A DNA stretch of 64,000 nt from Octopus vulgaris (GCA_951406725.2 OX597822.1:23746001-23810000), one strand, 5' to 3'; shown: positions 25,941-41,810, numbered from the stretch's first letter. Notes: a model not told the origin generated them from the letters alone. A program made the numbers and translations.

Positions 25941-26652
25941 CATATATAGCGTTTGTCAAAGAAATCGCTAAGTGTCGTTTGTGATTTGGAGGTACAATAA
26001 GGAAAGAGTGTCATTTGAAGTGTGAGTTAGCCGTTGGTTGCATCAGGTTAAGCGGTTGCATGAAAACACTCAGGTATTGGTGTGGGAGTAAGAAGCTCGT
26101 GTTGCAGTTAAGTGGTTTCAAGTTCAATCCCACTGTGCGGTATTGGGATAAGTGTCTTCTACTCTAACTTCAAGCCGACAAGTGCCTTGTTAGTAAATTT
26201 GGTAAGTAGAAACAGTGAGGAAGCCTATTGTGTGTGCGGGTGATTGTGTCTGTGTTTCTGACATCCAATTGTCTGTCAACCGGTGTTGGTTTGCTTATGT
26301 TCATGTAAACGTACTAGGCTTAAAAATAAGTACTGCGGTCGATGTGTCTGACTAAAACCTTTCAAGGTGATGCTCCAGCTTGACCGCAGTCCAGTGACTG
26401 AAGCAAATAAACGATAAAAGATAACTAGGACCCTGGTGGTATCGGTGACCGTCGGGCGTTGGCAGTTCGTGAGTACAACTCAAAAACTGGAATAAACTGG
26501 TTTGCTGAGAGGAGGAGAACATGTGCAATGTTTTGGACAGAAACCTACCATTGGAAGCAATCGGTCCATTCGATACTAAAAAAAATAAATAAATAAAACA
26601 CACGCAAAAAAACATTCCCGATGAACGCTACTTCCCGAAACGATAGATATAT

Positions 26653-26746
<94 letters not shown>

Positions 26747-26907
26747 ATGAAAAACCCAATAAATTACACTTTCGAACTGTTTACTCTTACTTATCACAAC
26801 AGTGGCCATCTTGTTTCAAAACTGGCGAAGATGAACACAAGCTGAATAAATGAATATATAAATGCAATCGTGAATCAAAAACAACCCACACACACATGCA
26901 TATACAC

Positions 26908-26961
<54 letters not shown>

Positions 26962-28351
26962 CATATATCAGCTGTGTTGTATGGAATATATATATATATA
27001 TACACATATATATAAATATATACATATATATATACATATATATATACATATATATATACATACATATATATATATAATATATACATATATATATATACAT
27101 ATATATATACATGTGTATATATATATATATATATATATGGAGAGGAAAAATTATAAGGCAGAATGCTAAATTTTTCCTCTCCTATCATTTCTCCACGTGC
27201 GGTCAACACAACCCCACCATTTACTGATTTATATATATATATTTTCAATCGGATCTAATTAGGTATTTTAAGGGCATCCTCAAAACAAACAAATAAATGA
27301 CTATTTTAAAATAAAATCAAATAAAGCATAAAATAATAAAAAGAGAATGATGGACATATACATGGTGTTAATGATCGTTTAAACATCTGGCGGACACTAA
27401 ACGGTTACCTATCGCGGAGAAATTGCAGATGCAGGCAGCTGATGACGTACGTTCGTGGCCAGTTACTCTTCAGTTTAGGAGATCAAAATATTAGTTCTAA
27501 TATAAGAAAACATTTAGCGTAGCTGTGAAAAAAGAAAACAGTTGCTGCTTTTGTTGTTGTTGTTGTTGTTGTTTATATTATATAAAAGATCAGATCTAGC
27601 TTCAATGACGTTCCAGGCATGACCAATCCGTCTTTGCGTTCTTTGTATTTTTTGCGTTTCATCGTGAGTTATTTAACGCGTTCTTCGTTTTGTAAAACGG
27701 TCGCGTGTGATTTAAAGTAGATTTGGCTGCCATTTCTAGAAATTCATTTACTGATTAATCTTAATACTCATTTGAAAAGAGACTACACATTCCGGGGTCA
27801 CTGAAACTCCTTTGATATTTTGACCACGACCACCCAGACTTATTTTCAGACATAGTCTATCCAAGACTGCATTTTCTAATGTCTTTACTTGTTTAAGATA
27901 ATATAATGTGATTTAATGAAGATTTGGCTGTTATTTCTAGCAAATCGAGGAATCATGTAGAAGCCTTCCCCATTACCTCATAGGTTTAAGTCTCAAGTGG
28001 AAGAAAACAAAAGTGCATAGTGGAAATACATTGCGTTCCTCAAATTTTAGCTTTAAATCTAATAATTACATTACAAGGACGCTTGATATATTTTCTCTAT
28101 ACAATAGATTGAAGTTAATTAAACCGTGTGTTTAATTAGATTAATTAATCGGAGGAGCTATTTGTTTGTGTTACAACTTAAGGCAAATAAAACAAAAGAT
28201 TGAACACAGACTGTTTTAAATGTGATTATTTACTGACAGTTTTGGCTTACAGCATGAAGAGTACATTTGAGCAAATGCGATGTCTTTTTTCATTGCATAT
28301 TCAATATCTTTTGCATATTCGATACATACACACACATAAATATATATGTAT

Positions 28352-28517
28352 ATATGGGGTACTGTAAAGTTCCTAGCGTTAAGAGTATCGCAAATGGCCT
28401 GGTTGGAGGCCCAAACATCCGAGTTCTTTTACAGGGCTTAGAAAAACAGGACAGCTGCAATAAGTGTGTGAATCTGAGAGGGAAATATGTTGAATAAAAT
28501 CATAATTTACTGATCCT
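28352..28517 (+). mobile_element. mariner-derived MITE, truncated copy
   Basis: Homologous to 61652-61868; retains the transposase C-terminus QGLEK..CNKCVNLRGKYVE*. Confidence 0.8.
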
Positions 28518-28519
28518 TT

Positions 28520-28578
<59 letters not shown>

Positions 28579-28770
28579 AAGGTGCGTAGCGTAGTGGATT
28601 GAGTATTGCTCGCAAGATCGTGGTTTCGATCCCGGACCAGGATGTGCGTTGTGTTCTTGAGCGAAACATTTCACGTTACCCCAGTCCGCTGTTGTAAACG
28701 TGTAGTCCTGCAAAGGACTGGCGTTTTGTTTAAGGGAATTGGAGTGATCATGGTCACTTATACAAGCTAT

Positions 28771-28849
<79 letters not shown>

Positions 28850-29188
28850 TATAAAATCGATAGTTATTATTCGTTATAAAATGCAAATCGTATAACTGAA
28901 CTACATTGTCATATCTTCAGAAATGTACTATACATATATGTGAGTGTGCGTGCACGTGTGCGTGCACGTGTGTGTGTATGTATCACACACACACACATAC
29001 ACACACAATGTAAACAAGATTCACTTGAATGAAGTACTTAAAGTTAAGGCACCTAGTTAAGTTGGAATAAAAAAAATGCACACACATTCTGCGACTGAAC
29101 TAGTGGCAGAATCATTGAATATGTATGTTGCCGTGGACTTTAAATTATTTCAAATTATTTTAAATGTCCTTGATTGTGAAGTTCATGT

Positions 29189-29275
29189 ATTCATCTGAGA
29201 AAACGGTTTTTTTTATAATGATATAATGTATTCAATGATCAATTAAAAAATCCGTTAGAAACGGCTGTAATGAAT
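29189..29275 (+). ncRNA. Degenerate hammerhead ribozyme (one core nucleotide missing)
   Basis: attcat-CTGA-GA-aaacgg...ccgtta-GAAA-CGGCTG-TA-atgaat; stems I and II intact. Confidence 0.6.
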
Positions 29276-29309
29276 TGACACTAATCCTTCAATTGTTATA
29301 TATATATAT

Positions 29310-29869
29310 TAAGATATATAGGATAGCGAATATTCTTAGAAATTTCGCCACCAGTGGCATAGCATGAATAAAAAGTCAGTAGACAACATATTCTCAATAT
29401 AAAATAGTGTACATTTAAACACCTTTAACAGGTAATTTGAAAACTACCTTTAACAGGTAATTTGTACACGCTAGAAGCAGTCAAAACGACCAAAACCACA
29501 TTTAAGAGCAATTTTCGAAGGGAAAGAAAAATAAAAATTTTTACCTTGTTATTTTTTGCGGTTATACCTAGGTTTCAGATTTCTTTAGCAAATAAAATAA
29601 TTTGCTAGGCGAATCCTCATCAGTAACCGTTCCTTAACAACGAACATATAACTTAACCACAAATAACACGTGACTCATCATTATATGTTATAATTTTTCA
29701 AAATATACCGCGCAAGCGCAGTTTCAGTCGGCACTAAATGGATAATGCCGAACTGATCTTCGAAATGCTAAAATCATACTCGTAAGATATATAGGGTGAC
29801 GAATATTCTTAGAAATTTCCCTACTAGTGGCCTAGCATGTATAAAAAGTCAATAGACAACATATTCTCA

Positions 29870-29872
<3 letters not shown>
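29310..29872 (-). mobile_element. Non-coding PLE/retrozyme-like element bounded by 90-bp direct repeats (29310-29399, 29783-29872)
   Basis: Repeat period 473 bp; contains an intact hammerhead; inserted in (TA)n. Confidence 0.75.
29559..29629 (-). ncRNA. Hammerhead ribozyme, canonical core
   Basis: cggtta-CTGATGA-ggatt..tagcaaat..atttgcta..aatct-GAAA-CCTAGG-TA-taaccg. Confidence 0.88.
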
Positions 29873-29900
<28 letters not shown>

Positions 29901-30196
29901 CAAACATATATACTCACTCATGTACATGCAAACACATAATCGCGCGTGTTCACACCACACACACATGCACACACACACACAAACACACACATGTATCATA
30001 AAGATCATAATATATATATATATATAAATTGCCACTTGGTGGAATGACTTATGTGGTGAGAGTATAGATAGAAAGCAAGAAAAATTTAAAACAGGCGCAG
30101 AAGTTATTCCCGATAAACTAACGTAGAAAGAGAGGCGAGGAGGAAGAACAGAGGAAGTGAAAGAGTGATAAAGAGAGAAAGACCAGGAGAGAGAGA

Positions 30197-30245
<49 letters not shown>

Positions 30246-30743
30246 GAATGCGAGAGGGATGAGAAAGGAGGACTGGAAAATACCGTTACCAAGGGAAAGA
30301 ATACTAACTCCAACCTGCTGCAGTTTGCAGTTAGACTATTATTTTCAAGTTATTGGCATATAACATGTAACTTTCTATAATGAATAATTTATTGGGCCGT
30401 CAAAGAATATGAGGTGTGCGTGCGTGCGTGCGCGTGTGTGGGTGTATGGGGGGATGTAACGCTAGTGATCTTTGTAGGAGGTCATCCAAGTCTGATGAGA
30501 TCAGAGATCGATATGGTGTTGATGATTTCATGATATGATGTTTGAACATCTGTCGGTCATCGTCTGAACGAGGCGAAATATGATGAACATTAACCAGAAA
30601 CGACGCCACAAAAGCTCTAACCTGCTAGAAATATCAGCCAACACCCTTTATTACATCCTACCGTGTTAACATGTCGAAAGAACATACATACATACATACA
30701 TACATACATACATACATACATACATACATGCATACATACATAC

Positions 30744-30790
<47 letters not shown>

Positions 30791-30793
<3 letters not shown>

Positions 30794-31315
30794 GCACATG
30801 CGATGAGTAAATTGTCGACCATACTATATTTAAAATTTCTCGTATACGCATTGTTTGTTTTTGATTTTGTCGATTACACAGTATAGTAAGGTTGGTTTGG
30901 CACCGTCTTTGAGAAAAACACCATCATGATGCAATTCACTCTGCCAGAAGTTTGGAAACGATATCCTGTATTGCTTGGCATTCGCGCCGGAAGCTCTAAT
31001 ACGAACAGATGGTGAACGCACGGAACAAACGTTGGCTGACCGTGTTCCCAAAACATGTACCGAGAGTGATAAAAATCAAACATCTAATCAACTTTATGGT
31101 GTTTGGAGTGATCACTAGTGATAGTGACGCTATGTCTCCATTCATCTTCCCACACGGCCTCAGATTCAACACAGAGGCCTACATCAAGTGCCTGGGGGAG
31201 GTAGTGCTGCCCTGGGTCAAGGGGATGGCTGTCTGGCAACAGGACTCTGCACCATGCTACTCAAGCAGTTAAGTCTGATAGACAATTTCTACAACCATAT
31301 CACCCTAACATCTAG
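30791..31315 (+). mobile_element. Tc1/mariner superfamily (maT/DD37D-like) transposon fragment
   Basis: NARNKRWL...KHLINFMVFGVITSDSDAMSPFIFPHGLRFNTEAYIKCLGEVVLPWV...WQQDSAPC. Confidence 0.85.
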
Positions 31316-32454
31316 TTACATTGGACCGTCTGCAATGGGTTTGTAAAATGCAGATGGTCCCAGGACCGCAGTTACATGATAGTGCATTGCGGGGATTATT
31401 CTCAGGAATGGAGGGGGTAATACTGTCAGAGGAGAGGTTAGAGACGGGGCTCTATGCTATTAAAATTATTATTACTATTTCTATCGTTGTTGTTATTTAT
31501 CCTATCTGTAACAGTGATGGAATTTGTGGCAGTAGTATTCTGGTTAGTGTTAGTGGGATTGGTAGGGTTTCAACTGTGGTCTAAACTATAGGGTTCGATA
31601 TTGGTGCGATGTATATGTTGGGCGCTCGTGTATTCAGAGTTGTTGGGAGAAGCCGCTGGCAGTGAGCGCTTGGTTTTAAGATGGGGTGAGGTTATCGAAT
31701 ATTTCCTCAGTGGATGAGAGGTCAGATATACGAACTGAGATACCCTTAACTACATTATCAAAATTGGATTTGAGGTGACTGGAAAATTAATACGTAAGTA
31801 CTTAAGGTATTATTTAGGTTTGTGATATGTTACGTCTAGAAAATTAGTGGTCTTGTGTAACAGATAGACTGAGGCTAGAGAAAAATTTGTGTAGATTTTC
31901 TTAGTTCGTTCTAAAGAGGATTTACTTAAGCTTTCTGTGACTAGCAAGGCATCATCTCTGTAGAGGCCTCCCTTAATGTTAGCGAAATGTATTTGGTGCT
32001 GGCGGAGTATGTTTAGGCCGACGAGGTCGGTGACTTGGGCTGAGTCGGATGATCCCATAGTAGTGTCAAATAATTTGTTATGGTTATTGTTAGTGGTTGG
32101 CCCGGCACCAAAGTTTGTCCTCAAAACAAATAAGGGTTTTACGGGAATAAGGATTATGTTAATTTCTAGTGGGGTTAGGTAAGTTAGATTCATATCTAGA
32201 AGGAGCATTTGATTAAGAAGTTTGGGAGAAATAGAAGAGTAGTAATTATATATATATCGAATAGGTAAGAAGAAGAGTTTTTGTTGTTTAAGAGATGGAA
32301 CCATGTTATGACTTCACCTGTACAGGACCATAAGTTGGCGTTCAACTTCTCCTTGGCGATTGGTATTATTTTATCAAGAATATTTTTGCTTATTCTTCCC
32401 AAGTCGGATTCGGTAGGGCATATGAGGCGTATCGATGGCTTAGTTATAAAGTCC

Positions 32455-32458
<4 letters not shown>
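31316..32458 (-). pseudogene. Naiad-like PLE reverse transcriptase fragment (frameshifted)
   Basis: KPSIRLICPTESDLGRISKNILDKI, FDIY, FDTTMGSSDSAQVTDLVGLNIL, GGLYRDDAL, TNFLDVT, GISVRISDLSSTEEIF. Confidence 0.88.
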
Positions 32459-32525
<67 letters not shown>

Positions 32526-32527
32526 TT

Positions 32528-32799
32528 GATTACTTTCCCCTGCCTGGAACTCTTCTTTTCACTACATAACGAAGACATGACACGATGTAGGTAAAGAAAT
32601 TTGAAAAATTTGAAAAGTATACACGAAACCGGTTATTTCTCCCAAAACTATGTTACTATCCACAAAATTTTATAACATTTTTCTAACATAACGACTTAAA
32701 TATATTCTTTAACCTTATAAAACAAACCTTCTGTAGTTTTCTCACTCTTTTCTATTTTTTATACATCCAGTCACGTGCTTTCACACACCAACTTTCTCA

Positions 32800-32802
<3 letters not shown>
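32528..32802 (+). mobile_element. Solo pseudo-LTR of the 1-880 PLE family with U3:A8 hammerhead (32606-32640)
   Basis: Homologous to 592-878; aaat-TTGAAAA-gtatacac-GAAA-CCGG-TT-atttct; (TA)n on both sides. Confidence 0.85.
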
Positions 32803-32840
<38 letters not shown>

Positions 32841-33119
32841 GCACACAAGTGTCCAAAAGTTTAAGATCACCTAAACTTATTTTGAAAAAACATCTACAAA
32901 ATGGAAATAACGGAGAGATTCTGGTGAAATATTTTATTAATCTTTAGTTAAATTCATTGGATGAGATAATCAAACTCAGCAACTAAAGAAGACTGAAAAT
33001 TCAGACAAAACTCTAAATCTTTGACTCATCGAAATATCTGCCCTTGCCCTTGATCACTGCGGAGCAAACTCTGGCGTATGTGTGTATGTGTGTACGTGTG
33101 TGCGTGTGTGCGTGTGTGC

Positions 33120-33186
<67 letters not shown>

Positions 33187-33828
33187 CGTGCGTGTTACGA
33201 TAGAATGAGTACCAAGCTCTAAAACAATAAGTACCAGGATCAATTTACACGATTGAACTCATTAACATGGTGCCCCAGCATGGCCGCAGTCCACTGACTG
33301 AAAGAAGTAACAGATAAAAGATAAATGATAAATAATACCACTGCTATGAAGTAATATTATTATAATTCATTACACAAGTAAGGAAAGACAACCTCAAACA
33401 TGTTCCGGTGTATTTAGTCTTCGTCAGCCAAGAATAGACTTTATTACAATTATAAAACATGCTGGTTGATGGAATGTCTGATTCATACCATTATAAGTAA
33501 ATATATGCAGACATGTTTATTAACATTTTGACGTCATAGTTATTATTTAAGTCTTCACTACGGAATACAGATGATTGTGATGGCCTATATTGTATACAAT
33601 GCTTTATTCCCTGCCTTGCGTAATACACATTGAGGTTCGACTTGCTGCAGTAGATAGATATAAGCGTTGTTTAGACGCTTATAATCAATATATCGATCAA
33701 GCAATCAATCAGTTGTTGCTATATATATATATATACATATACATACATGTACATCATATACATATATACACATACATACATGCATACATACGTACATATA
33801 TATATACATGTATGTATGTATACATACA

Positions 33829-33883
<55 letters not shown>

Positions 33884-34919
33884 AAAACATTTAAACCGCA
33901 GTACTTTTTCAATCTCCATCTCCTTACAATTTTTCTATTATATAATTATTATATTGTACCTCTGGTTATTAAGTATATATATATATATATATATATAAAT
34001 ATCTTTCTCTCTCTCTCTCTCTCACACTATATATGTATATGTGTGTGTGTGTGTACATACATACTGTTCGCGTCTGCGTTCTCTCTACATTCTTTTCTCC
34101 TTTTTTAATGTTGAAAAAAGTCCACCACACACAGAACAGAAAAGAAAAAAGAAAACAAGTAAATGGCACCATTACGATAATAGCGCCGAAAACGGAAAAC
34201 AGCATCTGCATGATTTTATAGATAGGAAAAAACAAAAATAAATGTTTTATTATATTCCAATGGCGTTCCTATGAATAGAAAATTCATTAATAGATTATAT
34301 AAGTTACTGAGAACGTATGCTGATGGGGGTCAGTCACCGTGGAAATTATATTTATTCGCGCATGCGTCAAATAAGGTGTAGAGCAGACGACTATATTATG
34401 AATTTTCCCGCTCTGTCCGTCTGCTTCTTTCTCCTTCCATTTCTCTTCTTTCTCTGTCTCACTCTCTCTCTCTCTCTCTCTCTTATCTATTCTGTTCTTT
34501 TTACTGATTTTCTCTTCCTTTTTATCGTTTCTTCTTTTCCTTAAAGCACAAACATGCGCCTGGCTGCATGTGCCCAGACACGTACACACATACGCACGCA
34601 CAAGGACATCTACCCGCTCCCACATTTTGCTCTGTTTCTTTTGTTTATCAATCCAGTTTCATGCACATCATTTCCTTAATATCTATATCGTCGTCGGCAT
34701 TAACTCGTGTCCGAGAAGTTAATCTGGAACGTGTGATTGAGATCCTTCATCTTGATGGATGCGAAGAGTGCCGGTGTCTGAGGTTCTTAGGCGATTCTGA
34801 CACCCTTTGCACTTATCATACACGCACACACACACACACACGTATATATTAATATAACATCCATACAAACTTCTATACATAAGACATGTATGTGAGGATT
34901 TTTTAAAAAGTTAATAACC

Positions 34920-35171
34920 ATTGGGTTGGTGCATAAATATTGCAGCATTTTTTCAACAAATTTTATTTAAAACAAAAAAAGTAACATATAACAAAAACAT
35001 CTTTGAATGATTATTGCGAAGCATATTCACCATCTACTTCAATTACTGCTTCCCGTTTGCTTGGCAGACGGTCAGATCGTCATTTAAAGATGTTTTTGTT
35101 AAGTATTGTTATTGCTTTCGTTGAATAAAATTTGTTGAAAAAAGCCGCAATAATTATGTACCAACCCAATA
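34920..35171. mobile_element. mariner-derived MITE with long TIRs
   Basis: attgggttggtgcataaatattgc... / ...gcaataattatgtaccaacccaat; internal minus-strand LPSK.EAVIEVDGEY transposase tail. Confidence 0.85.
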
Positions 35172-35185
35172 TTTTTTTATGTAAA

Positions 35186-35752
35186 TAACAGAATGTCACC
35201 AATCTATGGGAAGGAAGTTTGCGTATAATGTGTACTTTGTGTATATACGATTTCGTTATTCAAATTTTCAAACAGACGTATTCTGATCTAATGCATATAG
35301 AGGAAGTTGTTTTTAGTAAAGCAGTTGACTGTTTCTGGTTTAGTTTCGAATTCAGAATTCTTATAAAGTATTATTCTTTTGCCGTTTGTAGTTGATCCTT
35401 TTCATCTTTCATTTTGTAAAAGGGGAATACTTTATATTTTTGATTAACTCAAATTTCTGGATGTTTACTATATGCAATTTTTCAAAGAGACGAGTCTTTA
35501 ACTTGATGTTTATGCGCGTTTATATGGCTGGTTTGTTTTGTCCTTGTCTCCCCAATGTAATCCTCGTTGCATTCTGAGAATGTGATGCAGCAGATAAGAT
35601 TTTCGCTTTGCAACTCGTGCTTCACATTCATTTTCAATTTCTTTTCAATTTTCAATTCCTTGAAAAGTTTGCACAACGAAAGCGCTTACACATAATTGAC
35701 ACACTATACGCAAACTTCTTCATCAAACGTCTGCAACATTCTATTATTTAAA
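35186..35752 (-). mobile_element. Old PLE GIY-YIG fragment bounded by ~60-bp imperfect inverted repeats
   Basis: SENLICCITFSECNEDYIGET...INAHKHQVKD; arms ~35186-35242 and ~35688-35750. Confidence 0.7.
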
Positions 35753-35883
35753 TAAGCTTTTAAAAATAACTCTTTCTATAGATATTGTGATTGTATAAAG
35801 TGACTTTTACAAAAGTTGTGCCCCAGCATGGCCGCGGCCTTCGGGCTAAAACATTTTAAAGGATTTAAGGATATATATATCAA

Positions 35884-36783
35884 CTAGCTGACGTATCTAG
35901 TATTTCCCGGAAAAGAGGGGCTTGTCCGTTGGCTCCGTTCTCATAAGTGTTTCACTAATCCAATAGCAACAATACAAAGTATATAGCCCTTAAAACGGTT
36001 TTTGTGCATTTACAGAAAATACCGAATGTCTTACGTAGAATCTTGTTTTAGGAAACCTCAATAAGTTATGAATACTCAAATCGTGAAGTCAGTTACATAA
36101 TAACATGAAATTAGTTACTCGATAGCAAAAATTCAGATAAAGTAGCCCCGAAAAGGGCTTTAATGCGTTCCCAGAATATATAGAACTTAGGAGGAAATAC
36201 TAATAAGGTATGTATACTAAAATCATGAAGCATGTTACGTAATAACAGGCTAATCAGATAGGAGATAATAACAATTCAAAGTAAATAACTCTGAAAAGGG
36301 CTTTTGTGCGTTCCCAGAGAATAGAATCCTTAGGGGCGCTAGTGTTGAAATAGATTTACAGTGAATGTAGAAACAGACTGACGTTAAGTTTTACAGTAGG
36401 CATAAAAATGAATTTGCATATAGATTTAAAAATAAAATATGATGTAGATTATCAATACATTTACAATACTTACAAATATTACAGTTCAATAATAAATACC
36501 TGACGATTTGGTGAATCAAGTTTGTAGAGCTTCTTGATAAACAACTTTTTTGGTCTTTCCTTGTGGGGCATGAATAAGCAAATGATTAGGATTTCTGACT
36601 CTTGATCATCCCACATAAAGTTGGCCATGGGAGAATACTGGTTCCGCAAAGTCCAGACCTACCACATCAAAGGACTGCCCCTAGGCCTTGTTAATACTCA
36701 TTGCAAAGCTCAGTTTCAAAGGGAATTGCAGGCACTTGTACTGGAAAGGCATATCTGAGGTAACAAGTGGAAATCTAGGAATT
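35884..36783 (-). mobile_element. Helitron 3' portion: Pif1-like helicase C-terminus, ~150-bp subrepeats, CTAG end
   Basis: [60 protein letters not shown]...TKKVVYQEAL; terminus ...acgtcagCTAGt at 35884. Confidence 0.92.
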
Positions 36784-36870
36784 ATATATATATATTTATG
36801 TATATGCATATATATGCATATATATGTATATGCATATATATATGTATGTATGTATGTATGCATGTATGTA

Positions 36871-37743
<873 letters not shown>

Positions 37744-37774
37744 GTATGTATGTATGTATATATATGTATGTATG

Positions 37775-37824
<50 letters not shown>

Positions 37825-37845
37825 CATACATACATACATGCATAC

Positions 37846-37889
<44 letters not shown>

Positions 37890-38065
37890 CCGTTATATGC
37901 ATTAGAAACACTCGTAGTTACGGCTAGTCGCCAAGAGCTGACGTTCCTTGTGGACGTGCTGTGTTTGAAAACACAATATATATATCGGAGAGCAACGAAA
38001 ATCGTTCCACCAGCAGCTAGTGAGATTGTCGGGTGCCATTTCGGTAAAGTCAGGCCTTATCAATG

Positions 38066-38115
<50 letters not shown>

Positions 38116-41100
38116 CACACACACCCACTCAAGCACACACACACTCAAGCACGCACACACACAGATATAAAGAAAAACTGCATAAAATTATAAATTTCAC
38201 ATATAGTTCAAAATTTAATTTCACTGGAATAAAGCATTATTATTTATATAATTACGTAATTAGAATACATAATTAATTTACTACATTATAATAACGTATT
38301 GGAGTTGTATATCAATTCAGCTATTAATTGCAGTGGGTATATTTTCTAATGCGTATTCAATACATACATTACATGCATACATACATACATACATACTTAT
38401 GTGATACTTGTGTGAGTGTATATATATATGTGTGTGTGTGTGTATGTGAGTGAGTGTGTGGAGACGCAATGGCCCAGTGGTTAGGGCAGCGGACTTGCTG
38501 TTGTAGGATCGCGGTTTCGATTCCCAGACCGGGACTTGTGAGTGGATTTGGTAGACCGAACCTGGAAGAAGCCCGTCGTATATGTATATATTTATACGTA
38601 TGTATGTATATATGTTTGTGTGTCTGTGTTTATCCCCACAACACGGCTTGACGACCGATGTTGGTGTATTTACGTCCCCGTAAATTAGCTGTTCGGCAAA
38701 AGAGAAACTGCTAGAATAAGTACTAGGCTTAGAAAGAATAAGCTATGGGGGCGATTTGCTCGACTATTTGTTTCAGTTGTAAGACTGTGGCCATGCTGGG
38801 GCATCGCATTGAAGAATTTTTAGTCGAATGAGTCGACTTCAGTGTTTATTTTTTATTAAAGCCGGGTACTTATTATATCGGTTTCTTTTCCCGAACCGCT
38901 AAGTTACGATGACGTAAACACACAAACACCGTTGTCAAGTGGTGGTGCTGGGGACAACACATACACACAAACAAACTCACACATACAGGCACACACACGA
39001 CAGGCTTCTTTAAGCTTCCATCTAACAAATCCACCCACAAGGCTTTGGTCGGACCGAGGCCATAGCAGAAGATAGTTCCCCGAGGTACCACGCTGTGGGA
39101 CTGATCCCGGAATCATGAGGTTGGAAAGCAAGCTTCTTACCACACAGCCACGCCATATATGTATATCTGTTTCTTTATTACCCACAAGTGGCTAAACATA
39201 GAGGGGACAAACAAGGACAGACAAACGGATTAAGTCGATTATATCGACCCCAGTGCGTAACTGGTATTTAATTTATCGAGCCCGAAAGGATGAAAGGCAA
39301 AGTCGACTTCAGCGGAACTTGAACTCAGAACGTAACAGCAGACGAAATACGGCTACGCATTTCGCCCGGCGTGCTAACGTTTCTGCCAGCTCGCCGCATA
39401 TATGTATATCATCGTCATAACCATCATCATCATCACGTTCACAAACATAGCACGCTCAAATTCACTGTCCACTCGTTATCGTAAACGAAAACCGAATAAC
39501 TGACTCTTTGACTAGCAAACATCATTAACTAACCCCAACAAAACAAATAAACAAATAGATAAATAAATGAACGTAAATACATAAAAGACACCTGACATTG
39601 ATTGATTACCAATTCCATGGTGCTGTAGGTTGGTGGTATAGTTGATCCTCCTCGACTTATTATTTCTATTGTCGACTGATTGCTTCAACAACGAAACAAT
39701 TTAGAAAATCAGAATGAGCGATTTACCATTTACAAGCGAAGGAACTATTCCTTGCTAGTCGATCAGATTATTACAATACTTGATGCAGATTTATTGTTCA
39801 CTCTTAGCTTTGGACCATTTTCTTTTTCTTTTTCAATATAACTTTTCCTTCGGATTAAACGCCAATCATTTTGGCTCGCACGTACGCACGCACACGCACA
39901 GACACATGTACTCACAAACACGCAAACGCGCATATGAATATCGAATATACATAATATATACATCATACATTTACATACATATGTCGTATATACACTGTGT
40001 GTATATATATATGGTATATATACGTCCTCTTTCATACGTTAACCAAGAGCACGTGTGTTTGAAAAAGATTAATCGAAAGCGTTCGCACATTCTAAGAAAA
40101 AAACTTCTTCTAAAAAGGTTAGTAACATCCTGATAAAAGATGTTACAACTTATTTTTAAAAATAATAATTTTAAAAAGTCTCCTTTATACTTAAACAGTG
40201 TATTAAATAATTTTCAGAAAGACTTTCAAATGTGTGTTTGTATGTGTGTGTGTGTGTACCTGTGCACGCACACACACACATATGTACATAACGTGTGTAG
40301 TAACAAAAGAAGTACACGTTAATATCATTGAAATAGAGAATGTATTAATCATATTATACAAATATGAGCTTGTAGTTATCCGGTCCTTTCAATCGGATAA
40401 CTTCTTATCCGAGGCTTGCCATGAAACTCCGAGTACTGTTTGTGGCTGTTCCATGCTTGTATAACATATGTGTATATGTACTTTTATGTACTACACAATG
40501 TAACTCAAGAAAACCGGAGTAAATTTAGCTATTTATAAAATCTCACTGTGACGAATCGTTTCAATGTTGACTGCTCCATGTCGAACACGTACTTATCTTC
40601 TTCCAATCCATAAAAATAGATCATCTGCTTATAGATTAACCATAATTTAAGCTAGCATATTAGTAGTTATCCTAAGGTGGTGAGCTAATCGTTTCTGCGC
40701 CAGACATGCTTAACGGCATTCCTTCTGGCACTTAAATTTCAGAGTTCAAATTCTGCCGAGGTAGAATTTGCTTTTCATCCTTTCGGGATCGATAAAATAA
40801 GTAACTGAAGTCGATCTAATCGACTTCTCCTACCCCGAAAGACTATTGGCCATGTGCTAAAAAGGTGAAACCATGCTAGTAGCTAACCTTATTTGTATAT
40901 ATATTTATACATATGTGTATGTGTGTGTATACACACATGTATGTGAGTAAATATACGTATATGAATGTTTTTATAAATTTATATTAATGACTCCACTTTC
41001 TCTGCATCAGTAAATGCTATCTTAATCTTTATTTTGCTTTAAAATAATAACGTTCTTAAATTTTACACGTGCGCACACTCATATGCGCGTATGTCTGTTT

Positions 41101-41473
41101 ATGTATGCATATACGTGTGTGTGTGTGTGTTCATGTGCGCTTATGTATACCACTTCCGGTCATTTTACCATGTCGTGTTAGCTACACGTTTCTTCATTTT
41201 CCTCTCCTTGTCTATTGTTTCAGAAGAAGAATGTGTACCCGAAGCTTAAAGGCTTTTCCTTCTGTTTCTTCCTATTTCCTAAGCGTAAATTACATACACC
41301 CTGATTGTTTATTTTTTAACTCATCTTCGTGTTATGTATCCTTTGGTGGTAAGAGGTTGGCTTCCCGACTACATGGTTCCGGGTTCAGTCCTACTGCATT
41401 GGCACCTACTATAGTTTCAGGTTGACCAAAACCTTGTCAGGGGATTTGGTAGACGGAAACGGAAAGAAGTCCG

Positions 41474-41542
<69 letters not shown>

Positions 41543-41739
41543 AAATTAATAATAGAAGGGTAAAATGTATTAATCAAATTAAATTAATTAATTAATTAAT
41601 GTTGATTCATTGTTTTTCTCTTTGCCTTCGTAAAAAAGTATGTTTACCATCATGGAGATTCTTATAGCAGCAGAAAAGGAATTTTAACTCCTATTTCTAA
41701 ATTCGGTATGTGGTGAAGCAATTAACTGAGCCCTAATTA

Positions 41740-41810
<71 letters not shown>

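Noticed and set aside
29347-29360. gccaccagtggca resembling a CTCF motif
   Set aside because: One base short of the consensus spacing and part of a transposon terminus; unsupported.
30492-30520. CTGATGA-gatc aga gatc-GATA
   Set aside because: GATA instead of GAAA and no stem I; it lies within a dispersed repeat remnant.
33395-33430. Minus-strand CTGACGA...GGAA-CATG-TT
   Set aside because: Possibly a decayed hammerhead, but the stems do not pair, so it was not counted as a feature.
38460-38535. tRNA-like sequence with A and B boxes (also at 61340-61410, 62865 and 63535)
   Set aside because: These are SINE heads continuing into SINE bodies, not tRNA genes.
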